A DNA stretch of 64,000 nt from Takakia lepidozioides. Its lineage: Eukaryota; Plantae; Bryophyta. The position numbers and the translations under genes are program-made. This document shows, piece by piece, positions 1 through 15,068 of this stretch. Every line of letters starts with the position of its first letter. Position 1 is the first letter of the stretch. The stretch covers positions 37,572,001 to 37,636,000 of the forward strand of contig CM060732.1 in the NCBI GenBank assembly GCA_030704615.1. Direction: 5' to 3'. Under the pieces are notes generated by a model. It was not told the origin of the DNA and did no database searches. It saw only the letters and a list, made by a program, of their open reading frames with translations.

Positions 1-179
1 GATTGGGTAGGTGACTGTAGCATGCCTTGATCAAAGTAACTGATCAGCTATGTGGATGTCGTCATGGTTAGCGACTCTTATTGTAGTCACAGTGTTTCAC
101 AGAAGATAACAGTCCAGCAGTTAACCTAATTATTTCAAGTACATGGTAAAAGTGTGCTGTTGTCATTTCTTATGGTCAG

Positions 180-3100
180 GTATAATGGGGCGTGAGGGGA
201 TGCTGGACAAAGCGTCAGAGCTGTTTGAGGAAATGCCCAACAACTATGTTGAGTGGAATGTGTACTCATTCACTGCTTTAATCAATGCATACGGGCGCAA
301 CGGCCAGTACGAAGCTTCTCTTGATTTGCTCGCACGGATGAAGAGAGAGAGGGTCACCCCCAATCTCATTACATACAATACAGTGATAAATGCGTGTGCA
401 AAAGGGGGTTTAGACTGGGAAGGTCTTTTAGGGCTGTTTGCGCAAATGCGACATGAAGGTATCCAGCCTGATATCATCACATACAACACACTCTTAAGTG
501 CCTGCAGCAGGTATCTGCTCACATCTCTCTCTCTCTCACACACACATGCAAAAGAGTTGTGCTAGGGCAGTCGAAACCAAATGAGCACATATTCTTGCTC
601 TCTCATTCGTCCCATAGGCTATGGCAAACAAAGGAGTACGTTCTCATGCATCCCAAAACCACCCACCTCACAATATTCCTTCCTTGACAGGGTGGTTCCT
701 CTCTTTTGTCACCCTAGCTGCAGGCCCGGAGTACCATGAGCTGATGGCAGCTTGAGAGCATGGCCTGACATTGGAATTTTAGCAGCCCTAAGGGCTGGAA
801 ACAATGATCTTGGGTTGCATTAGAATCGTCCTCAACATGACAGCTACACTACATGATTGGAGGAACCAATTCTTGGTGGTTGGTGTTTTAGTGTCTATGT
901 GGCAACATACACATACACGTGTGAATGGAGTGTTCCATATTGAATAGGCCATGGTGTCTGCTTGCAGCCGGTGCCTGGTCGAAGAAGCTGGCATGGTGTT
1001 CCGAACAATGAATGAGGCAGGTGTAGTACCAGACTTGGTAACATACAACTCTGTAGTTGACACATATGGGCGGGCTGGGCAGTTTGGGGGTGCTGCCGAG
1101 CTTCTGCGAGAGATGGAGCGCGCTGGCAATGTGCCTGATGTTGTGGCTTACAATGTCTTGATTGAGGCGTACAGCAGGGCAGGCGAGTTCCGGGCAGGTG
1201 CAAAAGTGTTCAGGCAAATGCAGGAGGCTGGGTGTACTCCAAATGTTGTCACATTCAGTTCTCTTTTAGAGGCTTATGGAAAACATGGGTGCTATGATGA
1301 AGTGCGCACACTCTTCGCAGATATGAAGGACAGGGGCACAGAGCCCAACGTATTTACATACAATACACTTATCCAAGTGTTTGGGCAAGGAGGTTTCTTT
1401 CGAGAATCAATCAACCTCTTTCGTGATATGCTGGTAACAATAAGTCATGTTCATGGACACTAGTTTTATAGCAATATTCATTTTAGCATACCACTCCTAC
1501 CTCTTACCCTTCACATCCTTCTGTTGGTTACAATAGATTGCACCAAAATCATCTTCTTGCTTGGACTTTCAAAAGCAATCACACAGCGAGTTCCAGGGCT
1601 CATGTGTTAGAGGGGTTTCGGTGCAAAAGTGGTTGGCACTGCAGTGCATGAGACTATGGCAATTGTGGTTTGAGAGTCTGTATATCCTATGCCCAAACTG
1701 GCTTCGCTACGGGTAGCCTCCTGTAGGTACTACGCCTTTGATGGTATGACAGCAATGTTCCTAGGGCATGATGGAGAGTATTCCCTCTTTCTGTACTTCG
1801 TGTGCGTGTGCGTGTGCGTGTGCGTCTGTCTGTCTCTCTCTACACACGCACACACATACGCAAGTAACCACCAGATAGCCTCAATAACACTTTATAATTC
1901 TTAAATGTGGCAAGTTGTCCATCAGTATGCTTCTGTGGTCCTGACCGGGCCCTGAAAGTACATGCAGGGTGGGTCTGTGGAGCCAGACATGTCAACCTAC
2001 ACAGGCCTTCTTTTTTCATGTGGAAAAGGGGGGCTTCACAAGGAGGCGACTGAGATCTATCGACACATGCTACAGAGGAATGTGGTGCCAACATCAGAGG
2101 TTTTCACAGGTATGAACGTATTGAACGTGGTTTGAATTTTCTTACTTGTGATCCTGAATCTCTAGCTACTGCCTACTGCATTTTCCTGCTACACAAAACT
2201 TCAAGAAAGGAGGGTTTTAAGAATGTGACATGTTCCTTTTTTTCTGTTTACGCTTTTTGGGAAAGCCAAACAATTTCATAGTTTCAACTACCATTTTTGG
2301 GGATTTGGCAGACATGGAATCTAGCTGTTTACTTTCATTTTTCAAACAAGACCTAATGTGAACATCTATTTTGACTAGTTTCCTGAACTATGACTTCATC
2401 TACAAGCAGCGGGGATCATAGCCTTTGAAGTATTCTCTGATAGTGATAGAGGGGAAATGTATGGGGAATGTATTTTTGCGAGGAGTTTTACTTTGCATGC
2501 TAAAGTAATTATATTTGCGCCTCACTCTGCTGAAGAAGACCAAACATACAGAGTGGTGCAAAAGAGAACATAATGTCCTGACGTCTCCACATTAATGATC
2601 CCCATGACCAACATGGGCTTTCTACATTCCTGTGTTTACAGGGCTCATAACAGCGTATGGAAAAGCAGCTCTGTACCAAGAGGCAACCAGTGCATTTAAC
2701 AGCATAGAGGAAAACGGGTGTGAGCCTGACCACGCCACCTTCAATGCTCTCATTGAGGCTTATGCAGGTACTATTATGGTTTGCACCCCCATGGTGAAGG
2801 ATTCCTCTCCGTTGAAATGTTTTTCATCGTGTTTTGAATGCAACAAGAAAGTAACCCCAATAGATAAGTGGTAACGTGAAAATACACATACAGTCGTGTT
2901 TTCTGACTCGCTCCTTTGTGCAGCCTAATTTTTAGAGGAGAGGTATATGGTCACTCATTCAAAGTATGTGACAGGTGATGGTTTTGGGGGACCAGTGTGA
3001 TGGGACTGTGCTCACAGACATGCTAACCATGATTGTCACGTCGGTTATGCAGGTGGAGGTTTATATAGTGAAGCAGGTGGGGCTTTTTGCACTATGCATG

Positions 3101-4819
3101 ATGGTGGCCTTCGTGCCGATGTTTCCACATTCAATTCCCTAATCGAGGCATATGGCCAGGGGGGGCTATTTGACGATGCTGTGGAAGTATATCGGGATAT
3201 GGAAGAGGCTCGGTGCCCAGCCAATCAGCAGACTTATGAAGCACTCCTGGTTGTGTATTGTTCAGCAGGACTTTTCGATGAGGCAAAAGCTCAGTTTCTA
3301 GAGATGAAGGAGGGGGGTAGGGTGCCTGCAGTCAGCGCATATTGCCTCATGCTGTCAATTTGTGCACGGCGGAACCGGTGAGGGCCAGCACCCTTACAAC
3401 CATGGTGTTTTATTCCTTACCCTTCAGTTTGCATACCTAACCTGAAGCAGATGGACTCTTCAATCCATCACCGGTCTCATCTAATCAGTCTTTCGGATCC
3501 TGCCAGGTGGGATGATGCCAACAAAGTGCTGGAAGAACTGGAAGGCCCCAAAATGTCAGAGCTACACAGGGTGGTAGCTGGCATCCTTAAGGGCGACCTT
3601 GACCAGGGCTCAAACTGGCAAAGGGTTGAGTTTGCATTCGACACTCTGAAAGTGGATGGGGTGGGAAGTAATATGACATTCTACAATGCACTTCTGGAGG
3701 CCCTATGGTGCTTAGGGCAGAGAGAGAGGGCTGCCTGCGTGCTTGCAGAGGGACGACGCAGAGGGGTTCTGCCTGAGGCATTCTCCCACACACGCATGAT
3801 GTGGGCGATTGATGTCCATAGGTGTGTCTCTGCCTACTGTAGCCCCGACCTGCCTCTTCTTCACCCATCTGCCTGCTCCCTGAATTTCTAGAGAGATCTC
3901 TCTTGCTGGAACATGGAGGACATGAAATGTGAACATTGGTTATGACCTCCCCTTGCAGGCATGTCTGAAAACCAGTTGCAGGGTCAAAGAATGTACGTGT
4001 GAAGTTGTCAGTGTGCTTCCACACAGCAGACGACAAAGTTTTAGTGGACTGAGTGCTAATACAGACAAACAGACGCATAATCTATTGATGTTGTCGTGGC
4101 TTTCGTGCCACTCCCACTATTCAAATGAAAGTCGAACTGAAAGAGATCCACATGTAACTTGTCTACAGTAGCTACACAGTGCTTGACTAACAAGGACTCT
4201 TGTATGACCAGGATGTCCACAGGGGCTGCATTGACTACACTGTTGGTGTGGCTGGCTGATTTGAAAGTGGCCGCCACAGTTGGAGAAGCCCTACCGCCTC
4301 TCGTCAGCATTGTGACAAAGTGAGTGCCTGTCTCAGTGTTGCTATTCAACCTCCCTCCGCCCCCAAGCTGGGACGTAGCAATTGCATTCCCCTACTGAAT
4401 CAGTTCAAGGATAATCTCACAAGCCTGATTGTGGACAACAGTAGCATTATGCAGAAGCCATGTTGGATCCTATCTAGATCCTATGTATACACTTTGACAT
4501 CATACTCATTGCTGGTTCTTACAGGTGCGGTGAGACAGATCCCAACAAAGACTCCAAAGGTCTGCCAATTGCAAAGGCAGTGTATGCTGCGCTTGGGGTC
4601 ATTGGGGCTCCTTTTGAGTTTGCCCCATGGAATGAGGGTCGTGTAGTTGCTTGGGCACCAAGGCTCAATGAGTGGCTTCCCCAGGCATCACTGCCTGAGT
4701 CCTTCTCTCTTGTCAATGCCCCCCTTTCTCCCCTGCTTTCCAGGGGTGCAGATGGACAAGCCTCTCTAGGACGGAAAAGTAGAACCGTGAAAGATTCAAC
4801 TGCCACTCTTGAGCTCTGA
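180..4819 (+). CDS. PTAC2: Plastid PPR-SMR protein pTAC2-like (5' part lies upstream of the window). Exons approx. 180-510, 968-1433, 1968-2109, 2642-2767, 3053-3377, 3507-3821, 4212-4319, 4525-4819
   Basis: Tandem P-type PPR motifs; pTAC2-diagnostic strings CAKGGLDWEGLLGLFAQMRHEGIQPD, SNWQRVEF, FYNALLEALWCLGQRERAA, WAIDVHRMS and WNEGRV (SMR domain); GT-AG introns keep the frame. Confidence 0.93.
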
Positions 4820-6697
4820 CTACATAATTTCTCTTTCTTCATTGGTCTAGTCAGTTGTTTTTGCTTTGGTAAATCTGGATTCAGCTTCTTGAGGTGGAGT
4901 GAATCCTTGACAGGGATAGTTGAAGCTCTCCCTCATTGGTATGTTCACTTGACCCTCAGTCTTCCAGGAGCGCCTAACAGATGGATCCATTTTGACTACC
5001 TCCTTGTGGGTCTTGAAAGTGAGTAAAAAAAGGGGACAGCAAATAGCCAAGGGGAAACAAAAGCTCTCATAGACTGCACCCTGAGGTATGAGGGTGTAAT
5101 TTAGCCCAAAAGGACATAAGAGAATGGGTGAAGGAAAATAAGGAGGAAGTGACTTTTGTCTCCAGCAGTACAGCACAAAGAAAGATTAGTGTAATGTCCA
5201 ATTACAGAGCATGCTGCCCTTCCAAGGGCCAATCGACCCATGGTCTGCACATGCCCTCAGGGCTGGTATGACTTGTCATTTATTGGACATCAGCGAGGTA
5301 ATTCATCTTCTCACAGGGCAGTGCAGTGTCAAACTTGCGGGAAGTGTGAGTTTTATTGCAATCATCGGGGACATCACATGCATTGCTGGTCTACACACTG
5401 AAAGTCTAAACCAGCTTAATAGCCTGATTCTGAAATAGGCTGAATGTTTGCTTTGCACCCACCCTTCCACTAAGATTTTTGAGAGCCAATCCATGGGTTC
5501 TTTTGGCATATCATATGTGACCAACCTGTCTTGAGTTAAGTGCACGCCTTGGGGGGTTCTTCTTGCCTTACATCTCAGAGTAGAGAGTGCGGTTGGCTGG
5601 GTAAGTGCATCGAAGCTAGTCACATGGCGCAGGCTACAGGTTGTTGCCAAGGTCATGCAATGGGCAGGGGGCACGAGAAGCAACTTCACCTCCTAGTATC
5701 TCATTCATGCAGGTTGTCAAAAAATGCTTCATGGACTAGCTCACTGCAGGAATTGCATATGAAGCTTCCACTGCCTCTGGGCCTCTTTTAAGCAGAACCT
5801 CGAGTCCTGCATGTTATTAATTTATGGAAGAGTAGCAACTAGCTACCCAAACCAATTACGCTGGGAAACTCACAAACGGGCCGACTGTGTCACTTGACAC
5901 CTGAATTGATCATCTCTACTTTGCTGTGGCTTCCAGCACAGGGCTTGTGAAAAAAGGCAGAACAGCATGCCCAACCATAACTAGAACTTAAATCATGTAG
6001 TGTATATTTACCAGTTGTCTCTCAAGTCTGGATGAAAACTATCCATATGATTCCTCCCAGTCGCTGCCCACAAGAACGGAACAATTCCGTAACTCCTCAT
6101 TACATATAACGTCCTACAATTATAGTACTAAAACAGAACATAAGCCAGGCAAGGAGAAGGAACATCACCCTGAGCACTAGAATGCCAAGAGGTGATAGCC
6201 AATGAGAGGAAGAAGCCAATAAACATGTTTGCAAATTTCTCGTATTAACTACGAATTTCCTTTACTCTTCACTATTGGATCTGACTACAATCAATACAGA
6301 TGCCTGCTAGCCTAGAGCTTGGAAAGCACTATCAGGGGGTCACTGCCTCATTCTGTGGGAAAACCATATAACCTGTGATGCTCACCCCAAAAATGCCATC
6401 GAAATTGGATGGAAGGAGGAGGAAGGTTCCTTCTTTCTCACCTTCAAAGTTCAAAAAACATACTTTAGGAACCTTCCATGCAAACTTCTTCACTAATGGA
6501 TGAAACTCAGGAAACCAATTCTCCTTTCTCTCTCAGGGCTGCTTGTGCCAACCCTTCCCAGTGATCTTTCACAGCTGCAGTCTGAGAAGTTTCGGCAGCA
6601 CCATTGACAGTAACACTTTCCTTTACCTCCTTGCTCGTTAATGAAATTTCCAACAAAAGTTCCCTAGATTTGCTGCTTTTGAGCCCCTCACCCTCAC

Positions 6698-9600
6698 CTA
6701 CCTCATTCTCCTCTCTAGATTCATCCTCAGAATCATCAAATACATCGTCCTCTCCCTCTCACTCTCCATCATCTCCTCCTTTTCCTCTGGCATCAAAGAG
6801 TCCTTAAGCTCCTCCAGTATATGAGGCTCCATGAGCTTCCATAGCCACATGGCAGACTTGCCCTTGAAACGAACCACAGATCCACTTCTCCTCTTCTTCT
6901 TCTCCTTCTCACCATCAATGGTTCTCGCTTTGAGGGCCTTAACCACCAGTGCGAGCTCCTTAGCTGTATATTGTGAACCATTCAGAATATAAACCCCTGT
7001 GAGGCTACACTTGCTTCCCCCATACATGTACCAATACGCAAGTGATCGGGGGTTTAGCCAGCGGTCGATCAGCCTAGGGATCACTGGACTTCCATCTGGC
7101 CGATACTGGTGGGCATAAAAGCGGAACGACCCATGACTGATAGTAGAAAACTGAAGCAGACTCACTTGCGCAGCTAAGTCAGAAAGGTCCTGAACAGTCT
7201 CCACTCGGGGTGCCTGCTGAGCCCAGTCACTAAATGTCTTGTACAGGTGGTTGATCATGACTGTTCCAACATGGGTGTTGGGATCAAGTCCAAAGTGTAT
7301 CTCATAGGTCCTGTCATTATCATGGGTTTCTATGCGTGCACCCCCCAACACCACCCCTACCAGCATTTCTCTTTGATCCTGGACCAGGCTCCTAGGTCTT
7401 GCTTTCTCTTCATAAGCCACTTTCTTGGGGCCCACTGCTTCTGTCACAAAAGGCTTGGCCTCTGCTGGGAGTTCCAGCTTCCGAGCAGTAAGATGCGAGT
7501 AAATCTCTTTCACTTTTTCTTGACGTTCTGCTTTACCAAAGGCTTCGAGCAAGAGACTGTAGGTTTTCAAGTTAGGACGAATTCCCCCCTCAGCCTTCAT
7601 CCCTTCATATACCTCGTCTGCCTTTCCCAGCTGTCCGCGCTTGATGTACGAATCAATGAGTACGTTGTAAGACTGGTGATTAGGTCGACATCCACTTCCC
7701 TTCATTCGGTTGAAGAGTATCTCAATCTCGCTCAGTAAACCCTTCTCTAGGTACATCTCCATCACTGCATTATATGACGACTGTAAAGATGGGGTATCCG
7801 TGGCCTGAGCCCTCTCCAGCAATATTTCAGCGCTCTCTCTCTCCCCTGCCTTTGCCATGGCTTCAATAATTGCCTCATAAGCATTGATGTTTATATGGAT
7901 GCGATCAGCCTCCATCTCCTGGAATTTTCGCAAGGCTTTTGCAGGCATCCCTGCTTTTCCGTAGGTCTGTATGAGGGCCACATATGCACGCCATTCGAGC
8001 TTAGCCCCAGCCAATATCCCCAGAACCTTTTCGGCTTTCTCAACATCTCCACCATGTGCACACACACGCAGCACGGCAGTGTAGACATTGGGGCTTACAT
8101 CTAGGCCCGACCCCTTCATTTCCTCAATCAAGTTTTCCACCCTCTCTCCATCACCCTTCGTCCCATGCAAGTGCATCAGAGCAGTGTACATCACAGTCCA
8201 CATGTCTTGACTGAAGTGATCTGTCCATGGTGCCCCCTTCTTCTTAATGCTCTCAAATAGTGCATCCGCTTGGTCAAGATGTCTGGTAAAGGCACCTCCA
8301 GCCCGGTCAGTGAATGCTTGAAAGAGTGAGTATGCCAGGGAGGGTGGTTGTTCATACGCACCCAACTGCAACATCTGATTGTAAAGACTGAAGGCCTCAT
8401 CAAGGGATTCAGAGGACCGATCATCAATATACCCACTGATAAGTACGCAGTAGGTGGTCTGATCAGGCACTTTCCCATTAAGAATTGTGGTGTCAAAAAG
8501 TTCGCGTGATCGCGACAGCTTATTCTTGCGGCCCAAAATATTCGCCAACTTTGTATTCAGCTCGTAGTCATCCTCATACCATGGCTGTTGCATCATCCAT
8601 TTCAACACCTGCACACCAAAAGTTTTCGGAAAGTAAAGATTACGGTGGGAATCATAATTGGTGCCTAAAGTTTTAACTGAAAAATGAAACCCACCTAGCT
8701 CATTTACAAGCATGCTTGGTAGTACCTTCAAACGAGGCAGGACCTACAACAACCTTGTGCGACTCCATACATTTCAGATACACAATGCCTTTTGACATGA
8801 AACACTATTAGGTGCAAAAATGCAACAATCCGAGGGTAAGAGAACCATAACAGTTTTCTGAAGGAGGACAATCTACCCATATTCAATGCTAATGAGGTGT
8901 CGGAAACAAATGGCTGTAACGCTGAGTCAGCCAAAGCCACATTTGCAGAGTTGGTTTGACCTTGATGGCTGGAGCTAGATCTCTCACACCAGATTGTCAG
9001 TCCGAATCACTGTAACAGCCAATGAACTACTTCATCTCCTAAAATGTTGAAACAAGTAACGTACTCTGTGGGCACGCAAAACTTCCTCCCTCCGTAGCAA
9101 ATGCTCAATGACTTGCTTGCTATCAACAGCTGTGATCCATGACCGCTGCCCATTCAGAATAGTCACAACACCAGTGGGTCTCAACCCTGGAATCTCCTTG
9201 CACAGCCACCCTATCTTCTTCCTCCTCCACTCCTCTCTCGACTCCACAAACTCTCCCTCTTCTTTGTCATCTTCCAAGCTAGCTTCCAACCCCTCCTCAT
9301 CGGAATCCATGTCATCCTCCCACTCAGAATTTGCAATAGGCTGTGCTTGTGCTTTTTTTTTCCTTACCATGTACTGCCACTTCTCCTCCCCTTCTGCCTG
9401 CTTTCTGAATGGCTGTCTGGTAGGCCTCACATATTCACCAGCCACCCCTCGCGCTGCACCTCTGAACTGTGAAACTCGGCCTCTCCCACCACTACTGCCC
9501 CTCCCTCCTCTCAGACTGCCTCTTGTGTACGGTGAGAAACTAGCATGCCCATCATCTCCATAACTGCCCACTGACCTGTCATGAGGTTGCTCATCCCCTA

Positions 9601-11011
9601 CTTCTCCTTCCTCCTGGTTGCCTCCAGACGACCTCCATCCTCTATCCGTGTCAAGGAGCTCAGATTCGCTCATATCCTGGGGTAACATACGCGGCTCTTC
9701 TCTGTCTCCATATTGACTGAACCTGTCGGGAGCAGCTCTTTCCCTGTTGCCAAATCGGCCAAAAAGCCCTCTTCCTCTAACCCCTCCCCTTCCTCTCACC
9801 CCTCCCCTTCCTCTATTGCTCTGATATCCTTCAAAACTTCTTGCACCTCCTTCCCTTCCACCGTACATGGACTGCCCCCTCAACCTGTCAAACGATCCCC
9901 TCGCCCCATTAAACGCACCCCTCCCTCCACGGAGTGCCCCCCTAGAACTCCCATTAAAGCCTCTTCCCCCCCTTCCCCCCTCAAAACCCCCTTCTCCATA
10001 GGTCTCCAATCCTCCACTTGTCCTCCCAAACGTGCTTCCATTGAAACTGCCTCTACCCCCCCTCGCCCCCCGAAACCCGCCTCTGCCTCTGCCTCTTAGA
10101 AAAGGCCCACTCCTCGTCTCAAAACCTCCTTCTCTGTCAGTGTCCAATTCTTCATTTCCCCTCTGAAACGAACCCCCGTTGAAACTGCCTCTACCCCGCA
10201 TTGCCCCCCGAGTTCCGCCCCTGCCTCTCACGGAACTTCCATTCCTCTCAAAACCTCCTTCTCTGCCCCCCTCCAATCCTCCACTTCTCCTCCCAAACGA
10301 ACCCCGATTGAAACTGCCCCTACCCCCCCTTGACCCTCGAAATCCGCCTCTGCCTCTCCCTCTCACAAAACCCCCACTCCTGTCAGAATCTCCTTCTTTA
10401 CCGTTCTCCAATTGTCCACTCCTCTCAAACCCCCCGCCAGTACCATTCCCAAAGTCACTCTGAAAATTGTTCCCGCCCCGGTAAGAAGAATATCTATCAC
10501 TTCCACCTCTCCTCTCGCCCACAGCACCACCCCTGCCCCTGCCTCTTCCCCCCACCCTACCTCTGCCCCTTCCCCTGTCTCCAAAACTGGGTCTTCCCCC
10601 ATAGCCTTGAGAACTTTGGTATTTCTCTCCTGTACCCTCAGGCCTCCCTTGACCCCATCGACTGTCGCCCTCTCCTCTGTCCGCACTCCACCTATCTCTC
10701 TGAAAAGTTCGTGGCTGGGATTCTGAAACGGCATTAGCCTGTTCGTTGCGGACCTGCAGGGAATTCGACACGGTGTGGATACTTCTTTTCTGGTCAGAGA
10801 TACTCAATCTCAGTCCTCCAAAACCCCGCCATTCCTTAAACCCTAGAGAGCATGCTCGATTCAAAGAGTGGGGTATTTCTTTAGAGCTTCTGCAATCGGT
10901 TGCAAATGACTTGCAGCAGGGGCAATGCAAGGACCGTGACACCAAGGAGGGCAGCGGAGAACCCAGTTGAAAGAGGCGCGCACTGGGCAGCCCAGCCCTG
11001 AGCAATAACAT
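6698..11011 (-). CDS. OTP51: OTP51-like PPR protein with C-terminal LAGLIDADG-like domain and RGG-rich N-terminal region. Exons approx. 11011-9065 and 8608-6698
   Basis: WLCKEIP...ILNGQRSWI motif, P-type PPR array, then QREMLVGVVLGGARIE, FRFYAHQY, IPRLIDRWLNPRSLAYWYMYGG as in OTP51. Donor AGA|gtacgt and acceptor tgcag|GTG join in frame. First ATG is at 11011 (the ORF-track start at 11029 is GTG). Confidence 0.88.
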
Positions 11012-12139
11012 TTCAGCTGCAGCTTCCACTTTTTCACCACTGAGGTCCTCCCTCAGCTGTACCCTGAGATGCTCTCATGCGTGCTCGCCTACCTTTCCTG
11101 ATCCTTACACCGCCTACTCATATCACAAGGGATTCAACTGGGCTCTGTCTCTTTGCACACTCTAGATTCCCTCTCTCTCAGAAACCCATCTTCAAAAAGG
11201 TATGCACTACATAAGTAGTGGATAAGGTAGAGATCATACTAGACCACCCGTCAACTGTTTCTACTCTACTTTATTACAAGATACTACAACGTGTTTTTCA
11301 CTCGAAGGGAAGGGGACAGAACAAGTGTTGTGTCTCAGATGAGAAATGCTAAACATATTCCCGGAACCCAAAATGTAAACCTTCTCTCCATTTCGTCTCT
11401 CTCAATTGTTGGACTCTTCATTCTTCCTTCTGTTCCTTTCATCTCTTCCTTTCACAAGGAAAGGAAGGATAGAATCACTTGGCGGTGTTGCTAAGTATCT
11501 TTCATTACGATTCTCGAGGTTCCAGGTTTCAGTCGTGTTACAAGTGATACTGATCGGTATCCCAGCATTGTCCAAAAACATACATGTTATGTGCAGTATC
11601 ACCGGCTTTTAACTTTTAACGTTCACATAAATCTGCAATGCACCATTTTGTCTTTTTCCGTTTTGTTACGTGGCTGCTTATTTGGTTTGTCGAGATTGCT
11701 CTTTCCTTCACAGCCGCTGAGGCTTGCTCTACTCAATGCTTCAATGAATGTGAGCTTTTCATTTCCTGCCCTAATGACTTCTGCTAGGAGTCAGTGTGAT
11801 GTGTTTATGCATGGCTATCTTGCTTTGGTGACGTTGATAGGGTACATACACCTGTATGTCCAAGAGGGATATCTCTCTTACCTCTGCGCAAGGCCCAGAA
11901 AGAGAGAGGTTAAGGAAGGAAAGAAGAAACTTATAACCTCCCTTGAGGGCAGAGACAGAGAGACAGATCTCGATTTACTTCTCAAACTTTACTGCCATAG
12001 CCTTGAGCCTGCACCAAGTATGTATGAAGCTAAAGAGAGATCTCATTCCCTGTGGGATCTTGGCTAGTCCCTGCGAGCTAGTAACCCTCCCAGAGCAGGT
12101 GTGGGGTTCAGCAGCCGGGCGGGCCCTCCGTGGTTTCTG

Positions 12140-12245
12140 AGAGACTTGCCATACCACCTTATTAATTCAATGCCAATCGAACCAGATGCTATGGTGTGGA
12201 AGGCCTTGCTTGGTGCCTGCAGAATCCATGGCAATGATATAGACT
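12140..12245 (+). pseudogene. Isolated fragment of a PLS-class PPR E-domain
   Basis: LINSMPIEPDAMVWKALLGACRIHGN is the canonical E1-motif string; no upstream PPR array or downstream DYW domain in frame. Confidence 0.7.
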
Positions 12246-13137
12246 GGTACAGCAAGTTGATTTTTGTGCTGGCTTTCAGGTTGAATTCTGCACTGCAGCT
12301 CTCCCTCTAGCTGATGCGATAAGTGTCTGGTTGCATTGCCACTAACACTGTTGAAGGAAAAGGGCAGGAGGGGAAAAAGGAAATATCATACACAGGGACT
12401 TACTAATGTCCGCAGGAAGCTCGAACAGCTCAGCAGTATGACTGTAAATAGAAACAGCAGCAGTGTTGGTGGATTAAAGGTGTCATTGACAGGTCCACGA
12501 CGTATGGTGTATTGTCCACCACCACATGTGAGAGAGGATGGCAAGTAGTAGTATCTCACATCAGTAGGAAGTGTAGTTACAGATTGAATTGAAGCATCCA
12601 AATTATGTTGAAGATGTATTTCACCACAAACATTGCAGTATCAGAGCTTTCAAGATATTGACATGACAGCAACCACAACATTCTGAGAAACCAGAGTCAT
12701 TTCATTGTGAGGCACTCGTTTGACGACCTTTGACAGACAATCAAGAGTGAGTCCCAGTGTCACAGCAATACGAACTGCTGACATACTTAGGAGATTTGGT
12801 TAAACACATTTCAGGGTGTTCCAGTTATACAAACCTCAGTTGCTTGTATGTCTGCCGTAGGACGTACATGAGGATGGAATCAACAGTAGGACTGACAGGA
12901 CGTTAATTCCTTAAAGTCCAGCTCTCTTATACAGTCTTGTCCCATACAAAAGGACCTCTTTAAGAAATAGATCAGCCTTCAGACATGCAACTAACAAATC
13001 ACAAACAACGAGACCAAGCCACAAGGACCATGTGAGAATATATTACTCAAAAGGCAAAACAACACGTGGCTTTTCCAGCACTTCCAAGCAGGGGCACAAA
13101 TCTTACAGCAAATGTAAGCCCTGGACAGAAGTCTGCC

Positions 13138-15068
<1,931 letters not shown>

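Noticed and set aside
9108-10970. Several Pro/Ser-rich plus-strand ORFs
   Set aside because: Antisense shadows of the Gly/Arg-rich OTP51-like exon
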